Origin: Takakia lepidozioides
Taxonomy: Eukaryota > Plantae > Bryophyta
Direction of reading: 5' to 3'
Length of the DNA stretch: 64,000 bases
NCBI GenBank assembly: GCA_030704615.1
Contig: CM060732.1
Coordinates: 26,102,001 to 26,166,000 of the forward strand
Positions 15,736 to 27,700 of this stretch are shown here, piece after piece. The notes beneath the pieces are model-generated. The model had not been told where the DNA came from and ran no database searches. It worked only from the letters and a program-made list of their open reading frames with translations. The first letter of the stretch is position 1; each line of letters begins with the position of its first letter. The translations under genes were made by a program, and so were the position numbers.

Positions 15736-18700
15736 CTACTCAACATCTGCTATATTCATCACTCGAACCAATTCCTGGCTATAGTTGGAAGAGAGGGCAT
15801 AGCGAAGCTTGGCTGTAGCCGACAAGTTGAGAATATCTTCCACCGTAAAGCACTCAGGAATTGATGTGGATGATCTACCTCCATTTTGGCTGGAACTGAG
15901 AAACTCAGAGACTATTGTTGAAGGCTGTTCTGAGACGCAAAAACTGCTAGGAAGACTTTCCAACGGAGGAGAACATGCACTCAGAAAATCCCTCACTGTG
16001 GCGGCTGCTGATTCGTCCAGCTCAGACATGTGGTCACTGGTACCTCCACTAGCCAAGAAATCCAGCACTGTGCCCTGCCCAGACAGTTCCAGACAAAGTT
16101 GTTACAACTTGCAAGATCCAAGTTTTCACTCAAGCTTCTGGAGTTGCTTCGCATAAATAGAACTGCTTCTCGCCGAAAAATAAAGAAGAATCGGTTGACT
16201 CCTGACTAAGGAAGTGGAGCTTATGGTGTCACTTCTTCCCCAAAGGACTCCGACCTTCAGTTTAGAAGGTGGACTCCTTTTAATGGTCATAACCCAGGCA
16301 ACATGGTTGCCCAAATCTTGCAAAAAATCACCAATTTACTCAAGCGTGTGTCCAATTGACCAGGCAACCCTTCTTTTATAGTTGGGTTGGCCATGATGGG
16401 TGGCATCCAACATACACACCTTGCGGCATTCAACCCACAACCACTTGTGAGGCGGCCTTGTGCTCAAATCACTAGCCATCTGTTGGATGCTTGCTTCTTG
16501 ACAAACTAGGAAGCGCAGTCTTACCGGCTCAGTGGACTTTTCCTCGGGGGTGCTACTAACATAAGATGATTGTTTAGTCACAGCAACAGGGCCCCGCTTT
16601 TCCATAACAATGCGCATGAGCATCTCCTGCAGCACATACATTTTACCATGATTCTACTTCAATGGCTGGTGCACGGAAGAAACTTCTAATATGGAGACCA
16701 GACTCTGATCAAGTAAATCACAGCTTACAGAGATGAGTTTGGGGTTTAGGATTGAAGAAGAAAAGCTGTAAAACTGAAGCAGTACACTCTACACAAGCTA
16801 ATGCTATGCAGGCCCCGATATGTGCAAAGACTAGGGATCATCTAAGACAGGAGAAAGGTTAGAGAAAGAGAAGCCAACACCCAAGATGTGTTAAATGTTT
16901 TCTGTCAACCTGCAGTAGTCACGTACAATACCTTTCCCAGAACCCGTTCCATTTGAGTAGAAGGGGACACCATCTGAATCTTATCATTTTGTTATGAATC
17001 TGTTCAATATAGAGACTAAAGGAAGGGAGGGAGGTGGACAGGGGGTTTCTTGCCTCATTTAAGATAAGCCGAAATGGTACAGTGTGTGTGAGCATACGAC
17101 GTAAGAGGTAGGGAAGAATCACTACCATGAGTGCTGATACCAACCTGCAAATCATCAGTAGTCAAGGGTATGCAACCTGCCTCCAGCGCTCCATCCACCC
17201 CACTGGGGTACATGGCACACAGCAACTCCTTGGGGGTCAACTCCACCTCCTCTGAAGACCTGCATGAATGGTTTGGAATAATGTTGTTACAGTGAGGAAC
17301 TTATGCCAGCTCATGCTCCATACAAGTACAGCCACATCTTCATTACTACCCTCCTTTGAGGTCTGTGGGTTAGTGTTGGCCTTGTGGGAGATGCTGTCAC
17401 AATACCAGGGTGCTGGTGATGTTGAGAAACGGAGATGGAGAAAGAGTACATGGTGCTTCCGAATACTGTGAACGCTTTTCGTAATGCCATTTCTTGAGAT
17501 GCATCACGACACAGGTACAAAAGCAAGATTTGCCAGGGGAGGCCAGGCCCGTCTCCAAGGAGCACTTCATATACAATTTTCTTGACAGATGCTCCCAAAT
17601 CAAATTTATTTGTTTCTTCTTCCTCCTCATCCTCTCCATTTTCTTCCTCCTCATTCTCTTCTCTGTCATCCTCATCTTCACCCAGATCTGCAGAACCAAT
17701 GCCATAAACAGTAGTGGAAAAGTATTTTGAGCGCTTGAGCACAGGGGATGGTGGTAGGAGCAGTGGCAACATGACGCATTGGGTAGGTAAAGCTGAGCAA
17801 GACTAACTGGATTCTTGGTACATATTACTTGTTAAGGTTTCATGTGCTAGTAGAGGTAGGTCTCTCCAAGCGACAGTCTGTCAGTCTTCCATATGAATCT
17901 GTGACCAAGGACAGGAGAAAGAATATACTAAATACAGAGAAAATAACGAAAGAAACACATAACATCCACAGGGGTCCCCAAAGGCACATCTGGTACAGGA
18001 GAACGGGAAGCGCCCACCTCAAAATACATGCAACATTGCCTGAAGACTAAGTGCCTCATGCAAGTAAGCTGTCGACAATGTGGGTCCTCAAGACTGAAGG
18101 CCTCTTCCAAAGGCTGGGGGTCTTTAAAGATACAATATGATCGGCCGCTGGATCTCTTAGTATGCCAACAGGAGAAATATAAGGAAGAAGAAATGAAATG
18201 AAATGAAATGAAATGGTACTGTATAGTACTAACAATATATTACAGCATACACGACATGAGATTCCCTTGGGAGAAATTTAAGACAAAAGAGAAATAGAGT
18301 AGGGGATTCAGAGTGCCAGAGTTGCATAAAGATTTAAAGATACTTACTCGTATCAAACCATACTCGGGTGGACAAGAAGTCTTCCAAGGTGAAGAAGCCA
18401 TCTGTTGGATCACCTGGGTCTTTCATGGCCACGACCAAGAAGAAATCTGGGAGATACCAGACAGCCAGCATCAGTTACTGCCATTCTGTTTCGAAGTAAC
18501 TAAGGCCTAAACATCGACCGACACAAATATGAACTGAAACCTGAAGGAAATGAAATGGTGCTTTATAACGTCCGCGGAAAGCTCATAGAAGAAAAATCTG
18601 AAGCACATCCTTCTCACTTAACTACCAAAAGGCAGACCCTCAATTCAGGAAGCAGCCTGGTCAGTGATCATCAGCCAACTGTAAGAGGTTAACGGCAGTA

Positions 18701-21700
18701 TCAGATTTGTTGATTCCAGCAGTGCTACTAGTGCCCAGATATTCAATTTCCTGGTTGCGCCCAGTGCAAGCTGGGCATAGGCGGTCCTCCCTTGCAGGTT
18801 TTCCCATCTGCCAGTCTCTATCCGTAGAGTGTGGGAGCCCCCCCTGAACCGCCCTAATGCCCTCAGGAGGGAAGGAGATAAAGGCGCGCCGAAAGGTAAT
18901 TGGGCCGCAAGGTTCTATCACCACGGAGAACCAAGAATGTCTCTCGATAGAAATGGTGCTTTGTTGTGAGATTGGGTAGCCTCCAAGTTCTCCTGCCATG
19001 TAGTTCCATAAGTTCTCTTCTAATGAGTCTGTTGCGATCCTGTTGGATGTGATTTCCACCCCTTCTGGATTTTGTGGCAATAGCGAAGCAATAGAGAGTC
19101 CATTGCGCTAAAAAAAAATGCACACTCGAGCATACCAGGAGTGCTTGAAACCTGCTGTTTTGAGCCTAATAGATGTTGTGAGGGCTCTTGCCACCAGCCC
19201 CTTGGGTGGAAGGGCTTGTAACCTTTTAAGAAAGATTTTAAACCGGAAGAGGGCCGTGGCATGCAAGCAAACTCTGCACATAGGATGTGAGATGGAGTTG
19301 TGCCTCTGGCGCCAAGCATTGCTTGGAGAAAAGATGATTGCAACGGTTCCAGATTTTTTTCCCACCAGGGAACTGGGACACCGGGTGCCCAGAACTCACA
19401 ACCATAAGTGGCGGCCGGGGTGACAATGCTGTCAAGTAGCCCACTTTTTGGTTGGGGGGTGGCACAGATGTATCAGTTTGCATTTGGCCTGAAGGCTGAT
19501 GGAGGCAGCCTTGCCCTTTGTCAATCTGTCCAGGGCAGTCGATGCAAAGTGCAATTTGGGAGAGTGGATAACCAGACCCAGGTATTGGTAAGACTTGACA
19601 ATCTCAACATCCTGTTGGTTGAAGATGAATCTGCGGAAAGCCTGGCCATTGAAAACCCTGGTCTTAGTTTTGCTAACATTGACCTGCAACCCATAGTCTT
19701 TGGAGAAGACTGTGCCGAGAGGGCAGCATTGTCAGCAGAGTGCTGATTGTGTTGGTCCCCCACCCAACAGCACCCCAACTCCATGGTTTTTTGAGATGTA
19801 ACCCTCCAAAGCGTCAATGTAGATCCCAAAAAGGGTAGGTGAGACGGGCAGCCCAGTTTGACCCCAATAAAACACTCCGCAACGGGAGTTTCCCCTTTCG
19901 TATTGGTCTATGGAAAAGCACCTCTGGTGCCGACAAGTTGCACCTCTGCTGAGAGTTCCCCCGCGACGTTGACAATGCCAATGACAAGAAATGAAATGAA
20001 ATGAGATGGTACTTTATAATGTCCGTGGAAAGCTCAAAGAGCTTATGGAACAAAATGGAGAAAACAGAGAGAGGAAACAAAACCAGAGCCAAAAAATAGC
20101 CGAAAAGCAACTACTGCTCAAGGAAATGAAATGAAATGAAACATTATAATGTCCGCGGAAAGCTCAAAGAGGGCAAGAAAGAAAGGAAGTCCCAAAAAGC
20201 TTAAGGGAGAGAAGGGGAAATCTGAAGCACATCCTTCTCAATTAACTACCAAAAGGCAGACCCTCAGTTCAGGAAGCAGCCTGGTCAGTGATCATCAGCC
20301 AACCGTCAGAGGTTATTGGCAGTATCAGATTTGTTGATTCCAACAGTCCTACTAGTGCCCAGATGTGATACAGGCTGTACAGTCAGTGCCAGTCCACTAC
20401 GTAAAAGAGAAATGAAATGATACGTTATAATATGCGCGGGAAGCTGGGACAATACAGGAAAAATGGAGATCCCAGTAAGCAGCCCCAAAACTACAATTCA
20501 AAGAGAGTGAAAGAAAGAAGGGAAGTCCCAAAAAGGTCATGGGAGAGAAGGGGGGCCACATGGAAACGTACCAATGCGTGCTTGCACAATATCTTCCAGA
20601 GTGGAAGAGGAGATGCAGTAGTTGAAAATTGCATCAGCCAAAGCCACTAGGAAGGACCGCCAGTCTATAACACTTGTCCAACCCAGCTCCATATTTCCAC
20701 ACGAAACCTGAGACTCCACCAACTCGTCACTTTGAGTCTTCTGCTACATCTAGTTCCAATCAGCTCTTCTCATCCTCTTTTATTGTGTATAGAGTGGACA
20801 TGGCTGCTGTTAGTCCATCTCAGATAAGAGGCACAGATAACATCTGACAAGGCAGACAAAGTCAGGCAAATCGGCATAGCATAGGCAACAGTTGCTATAG
20901 GCACAGCCACCTGCATAGGCATTGGTTGCAACTGCTTTTTTGTCACAAGCTGGTCATGTAAACTCTGTCTGAGTTGGATTAGCCAGACTTTTTGTAGTTT
21001 CAGCATTCTGCGCCTGCCAATTTGGAGGCCACCAGGTCTTCTGTGCTTCTAGTGTGGGCATTTTCTTTGAAGATGGTTAGCTTCCCTCTCCTATGCTTTT
21101 CTGCTTGGTGACCCTGTCTGTGACCGCATTTGTCATGCCAATGTTGTGATCGTAGTTTTTGGACAGTTTGTTTTGGAGTGTTTTCCATGTTCCGAAGAAG
21201 CAGCAAGGGACAAACTGGAAGTGGAGAAAGAAAGAAAAAGAGGGAGGGAAGTTGTCCCTTTTCTCTGTAGCTGTCTGATCGAATGAAGCATGCCTTCAAC
21301 TTTACCTTAATGATCTCGTCAGCTTTATCAGCCCAAATTTGGAAAGGGCCATATGGTCGACGCTTGGTGTTGGGGAGGCGTGGCACTTCGCATTGTTTTG
21401 GATCATTTTTGAAAACCGCATGAACTCCATTGATAACCTTCAAGGTTGCATCCATGACTTGTCCTACTGCTGCATATCCTCCTGCACGTTAAACAGAGAC
21501 CAATAAAAGATGAGAACGGTGGAATTAATGGTTGTACTATATTCCCAATTGATATGATGATTGGCCATGCTACTGGTCTATAAGTTGACGTCTCCTGTTA
21601 TACAAAGCACCCCAATGCCAGATTCACACTACTTGCAATGGCTTTGGCGGACAGAAACCACCAGCCCCTTTGATGTCATTTCCTCTAATAATGCCTAGTC

Positions 21701-24700
21701 ATTTTGGAAAAGTATGTGGTCTAAGACTTCCTGAAACCGAGGAACTTAAGTACTTGCTGTCAAGAAGAAAAATCTTTGGTCACCATTGAATGCTTTAAAG
21801 CATTGTGCAAGTGCATCCATCACTTGGAGATGCCATTCGGTAAGACCGAAAATTGGCTCAGGTGGCACAGTCACCATCTGCACAATCCAACTCAACCAGA
21901 TAAGCATAGGGGGACCCTCCTGGATTTTGAGCATTGGAGATGATGGGGACGGACCAGGGAGAGAGTCATGGAGGGAGTTGGGAAAGGGAGAGGGTATGTC
22001 TGTGCGTCACTATCCTGCACTTCTAGTGCAAGATCTGTATCATAACTGAGGACGAACAAGGCCATGCCAAAAAATGCCCAGCACTCACCGTCATGAGCTC
22101 AGCTTCATCCACCTCGAAGTCCTCACCTTCCAGCCATACACGATACCACAATGGAATACTATCTTTCACTGCCTCCTCAATAACCTCAATAACCTCCTCC
22201 ACTATTGCAGATTCAGCCTGTCAAAGATATGAGTGTGCTTTCGTGAAGTAGGAGCACTGAAACTTCTGTGAGAAATACTAGCTCACATCAAACATCTTAT
22301 CTACAAGTGGAGGTTAGTTTGTGATGGATTTGTAATTAGTGTCCATTGAAGTCGGCTTCCAGTTGCAATCCAGATGCATAAAAATATAGAACCCTTTTCT
22401 TGTAAAACCAGGTGCCTCTGAGGCTAGCTTCGTGTTCTTCATGTACTATAAGAGAGACGTGTAGAAAAGTGGAGTACACTGCAGCAGGTCATGAGCCAAC
22501 TATCCATACAGGCATATGCTCCATCCATTAGGGGCTGTAACTCCTCAATATAGATACATGCACGCTTTGCTGCATTCATATAAAATGGAATCTGTAAGTA
22601 CTTGACATCTGACCACTTGTGTATGTCTCTTTTGTTTCAAATGGCAAACTCTCCAAGGAAGATAATCACAGAGAATTCCATCAAACTTGGAGGAGAAGAA
22701 CAAAAAGAGGAAGGAGACCAAGGAGGGCCTACGGGACCCAGTAGAACAGGGAAAGAGAGAGAGACAATGTACTCATAAGACGTTGTTTGCCGTAGCCTTG
22801 TGGCCATTGACCCTGCGCTCAGTTTGAGCGGAACGCAAAGGAACAGGAACTACCTTTGTCAGGGGCTGACGCCGGTAGTATGACTTACCTTGGAATATCC
22901 TCTAGAAATCAGAGGGAACAAGCACTACATTGCAAAGACGTGTACATCGGGATCTCCATACATCTCTCCGAACTCAGGGCATTCCCTTCTCACAAACATC
23001 AATCTGCTGTGTGTGATTTGCCCAATATCTACCCAAAAGGGCCTGGGCTTTTGGCTCAGCCTCGAGAATTTAAAGTTAAACAGAGGTACAGGAACGATGC
23101 CCTTGATGGATTTGAAGAGGGTGTCTCTCTGGTGAGAGTGCCTAGAACAATGAATCAGAAAGTGGATGTTGTCTACAGGCTGCCCACAGAACGGCCATTT
23201 GCAATCCCCCTCCCTGCGTCTGTTTGCTGTTCAAAGGTATGCTTCCCGCCCTGAGTTAAACCCTTGACTCATCCATGATGGGCCACTCTCTCATGGACCC
23301 CTCTAATGATGATGGACCGATGTCTGCTCACACCAAAAGCTGATGGACCACTCTCTCATAATGGACCACTCTCTTCCACAATCTCAGAAGAACTAATGGG
23401 AGCGTTGTAACCCATTGAAATACACTCCAGTTCATCAGGGCCGTCTTGAATCATAGAAACAGTTTTTACTACTGTGTCCTTCCATTCTTCAGAAACCCTC
23501 ACTGTTAGACCTAGAATTTCTGCCAGGGGTGCTGTAGTGAGCCGAAAAATTGTCAGCAAGTTCAAGCTCTGAGGACTACTAAGGGTGCAATGGTAACTTC
23601 AGCGTAAACCTTTGAAACTTGTACAGACGTTGAAGGGCCAAGCAGAATCTCTTGTCATTACCACCACGGTGATTTGAGTTTGTGCCAATATAATTTCTTC
23701 TCAGACCTTACGAGCTGATTGATACTTTGCGGATCTGGTAGTACCTAGCCCACAATTCTTTGTTGACTTTCATAATGCAGCACTCTTTATAGAGGATTCG
23801 TCTCTCGACTATCTTGAGTTTGATCTCATTGGTCCACCAATTAACAGCTCTACCACAGACAATTAGTTTCCACCCAATGATCTTGTCAGCCACAGAGGAG
23901 ACGAAACTCTCTCAGATTCACCGCTCTTTCGACTTCATTCCTTGCATCGCCAGAGCAAGACTCAAGATCTTGGAGCAAATGGATAAGTGAGGGAGAGCCT
24001 CTTTCAAGGCCTGGACATACTCAGAAGAGAGAGAAATGAAATGAAATGGTACTTCATAACGAGAGAGAGTCTCACCAAGCATTTCTAGACGGTAGTACAG
24101 AATTTGATGTTCACGGGCAATGGCTGAATCAACCGCAGGGTCCAAGGAGACTTCCTCACGCCCTCCAGGTACCATAGCACTATCCTCCAAACTTTTGCTT
24201 GAACAATCTTCATTGCAAGCAGTGCCTGCTGTACCCTCCTTCATGGCATCATTGGTACATCTTCCAGCCATCACATCTAGCATGTTACAGGCTACGCCCA
24301 ATGCATTACATAGTACCTGAGGATACCCAGAAGCTGTTAATGCACTGGTGTCCCATGTGTATGCATGCCAGCATTTTCAGATCATGTCTACCAAAACTGT
24401 GGACCACTAACGCAGCTTTTGGCCAGTTCTAGGATTCATATATAGTGCAGACAGTTGTGTGAGAGCACTCCAGTCAACATGAACCTCCCCTTGAATTTCA
24501 GGTCTCAAATATCTTGTGGTTTTCCATACTTTGGAATTCTCTCACATTTTGGTGTTAAGGCAGCCATGGATCACATGGGACCCTTAAGCAGATTCTTGGA
24601 ATTCAGGAGAGTAGCATATAGTCATGCTCCACAGTTTCATTTCTTGTCCACACTATGAAAGCAGCCAGTGAAAGCTCAAGATACTTCATACAAAGTGCTC

Positions 24701-27700
24701 ACAAACCCTGCCTGTACAAACTGAATCTTCTCCGAAAACATGGTGAAGGACCATATTTACCGCCTGAAGTTGTGGGCCAGAAGTTGCAACAGACAATAAC
24801 CATCTGGGCATTGGAGATATTTGTGATGGCAATGTTGTAACTTGTGACAAATTGCATTGGAATTCATCCACAAATGAATAGCCCACATTCCCAGACAGAA
24901 ACTCGTGTACAAGGCTGCAGGATTCAAGATGCCTATCAAGCTGTCATCCCAAAACACCCACAATGCTCAATTAGGCCTTGCTCCAGTCCATCTACATTAC
25001 TTCCATGTTTCTTCCTAATGCATCTAGAGCAAGAGATAGACATGTACACTGTCCTCAAAAACATTCAATTCTGCTTCCAAATTCCTTCTTTAATTAAAGC
25101 TTGTGCAAGGGTTGCTATCCCTTTCACAAGACCTCAGTGCTAGATTGAGGAAAATACAAGGATGTCAGAAGTATGGCACTGAGATGAAAGCCAAAGATAC
25201 CTCTGCTTGCACAGCAGAGGTGAAGAGAGATGTTACTGATCCTGTGCGATCCTCCAGCAATTGGTTGAGACTTCCCTCACAAGTCACCTTTCCTTGCTAC
25301 AAGACCATCAGTCAAAAAACCAATCAGGCAGCCTTCACAGAATTAACAGGTAGATCATGTGAGAAGAAAGGGAAGGAGAAACTCAGAGACCTGGGCAACA
25401 TTCATGCTGACTTTGAACTATTGGCAGTAGATATTGCAAGGCTCTAACGTTGTTGGCTATTGTAAAATCCTACTTCTTCTCCACAATCTCAACACTTCAG
25501 TTCTGCACTCACATATAGCTAATAAGCTTCAGTACTGGCAGGCTCAGTAATTCTACTACATACAAGTCAAGGGCCCAGTGGTGTTTAACCCATTCATAGA
25601 AAAAAGAGTATTCAAAACGTTAAACTTTGCTCCTTAATCTAACTTCCAATCACTGTGCCCAAACATGCTAGTATCTATGAAAGGTTTCCAAATCAAGTGC
25701 AATCAATTGCTGGATTGCGCAGATTCGCGAACTTGCACAGAGGATGTAGGAGATCATGCCCCAATAGAGGCAAAGAGGATAACTCTTGGCACACGAGACG
25801 GAGAGGACAGACACTCAACCTCCAGCCTGTCGCTGCAGAGCCTGCGAAGAGTCGTTGCAAATTGTGTGGCCTCCTTTCCAAGCCTTAATTTCATCTTCTT
25901 GTCATGCCGTTGTACATACTCAATCCTGTTGTATTTCTCCTGTCCGGCCACCCTCTCTTTTAGCTTCCCCAGGAATCAAGTGCTTGGCAAGACACCTTGT
26001 TCACACACACTCTTCTTTTCTGACACACACAGACTCTTTCTTTCTATGAGCTTTCCGCGGACGTTATAAAGCACCATTTCATTTCATTTCTATGAGATCT
26101 TTACTATGAGATCCGTGGGAGATTCCATTGTCTATTCCGTGGAACCCTATCTCTCACGGAGGTCTTTCACTATGAAGATCAGAAATGGCTGGCAAACCTA
26201 CCGCACGAGCATTCACCCTTTAGACAATCACTCGAACAATAGTTCTTATCTCTGACTCTGGTTTCCTGTTTTCTCTCATGGTTTTCTTTCCATTTTGTCC
26301 CATAAGCTTTATGGGCTTTCCGCGGACGTTATAAAGCACCATTTCATTTCATTTCTTGTTTCTTGCCTTCCTTTTGTCCACAAAGTCTTTGAGCTTTCTG
26401 CCGACGTTATCAAGTTCCATTTCATCTTCCTTCTTACCTTCCTTGTTCCTCTCTCATGTTTTCTTCCATTTTGTCCCATAAGCTCTACGAGATTTCCGCG
26501 GACGTTATAAAGCACCATTTCAATTCATTTCATTACCTATCCAGATGGGAAGGGGTAGATCAGACAATACTGATTAGAATAAGACCAACTCTAAACTGTT
26601 GTTAGGTTATGCCCATGTGTTTAAATCTCTTACATGCTATAATCGAATAAATCTCAGCAAGTACACGTTTTAAGGAATAACGAGTGTGCAGTTGGTGGCC
26701 GTCTATGGTTGAGATTGTGAAAACCTTTGAAACGCACTACAGCCTTCTTGGCCGTGAGTCTAACTCTCACAGTGAGCTAAAGAATGAAAGGATACAGTAG
26801 AAAGAACTGTTCCTACAATCCAAGACAAGCCCTGATGAACTGGAGTATATCACAAAGGAATACATCATGCCCATTAGTTCTTCTGAGATTGCATAGAACA
26901 TCTAATCGGTTACAAAGCCGGTGGGTGCGATGGCATCGTCAATGAGCTAATGAAGCATGGTGGTGATCCTACCTTATTTGGAAGACTGAAATGATAGCCT
27001 TCCATTACGTTGCTGTTCTGAAGGATATAAGTACTGTTGCGCGTTGATTTGGAGTTTTCCATGAAGGTCAGGCGGGATTCCGAAGAAATAGGCCCTGCAT
27101 TGACCACTGAGCCAGACTGCTCAGGGACGGGAAAAAGAAGGAAAACCTACCTCTCTCTTCTTCCTGGATTTAAAAAAAGGCTTACGACATGGTATGGGGC
27201 GCAACAGATTGTGGCTTCCACTGTGGTCTTCTTGGGTCAGGGTAAAGTGTGGAAGATGGTTCACAACCTGTTCGTGAAGGTTGTACACTCTTCCCACTGC
27301 TTTTCAATGTTCTCATTAATCAACTCCTTGAAGATGTGGAAAGCGAGGGATCTGGGTTAAAGGTGGATGATGCCACCATACCAGCTCTTATGTTTGGGGA
27401 TACCCCATCCAATCTTCAGGAGAGGAGATGATTGATTGTGCGAACAGGTACTTTGACCTGTGAAGGCTAGAAGCCAAAGTTAGTAATGCAGGGTGGTGAA
27501 CTTCAATGATTGGTGGGAGGGAGGAGGGGATCTCAAGGGCAGTGAAGAACCCTGTGCTCCCTTCCTCCACATATCTTGGTATCTTTAGCATGCATGCTCA
27601 TTGATGGCCCCAATGGGGCCAGGGCTTAAGGCTCAGCCTCGAGATTTGAAAGCTCGTGAGCAGAGGTTCAGGGACTATGGTCTTGCTGATCCTGAAGAGG

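Noticed and set aside
26041-26535. Repeat-spacer-like run of a palindrome-containing ~40 bp motif resembling a CRISPR array
   Set aside because: Irregular spacing, both orientations across the window, TSDs, identity to a LINE 3' end, and no cas genes in a eukaryotic context
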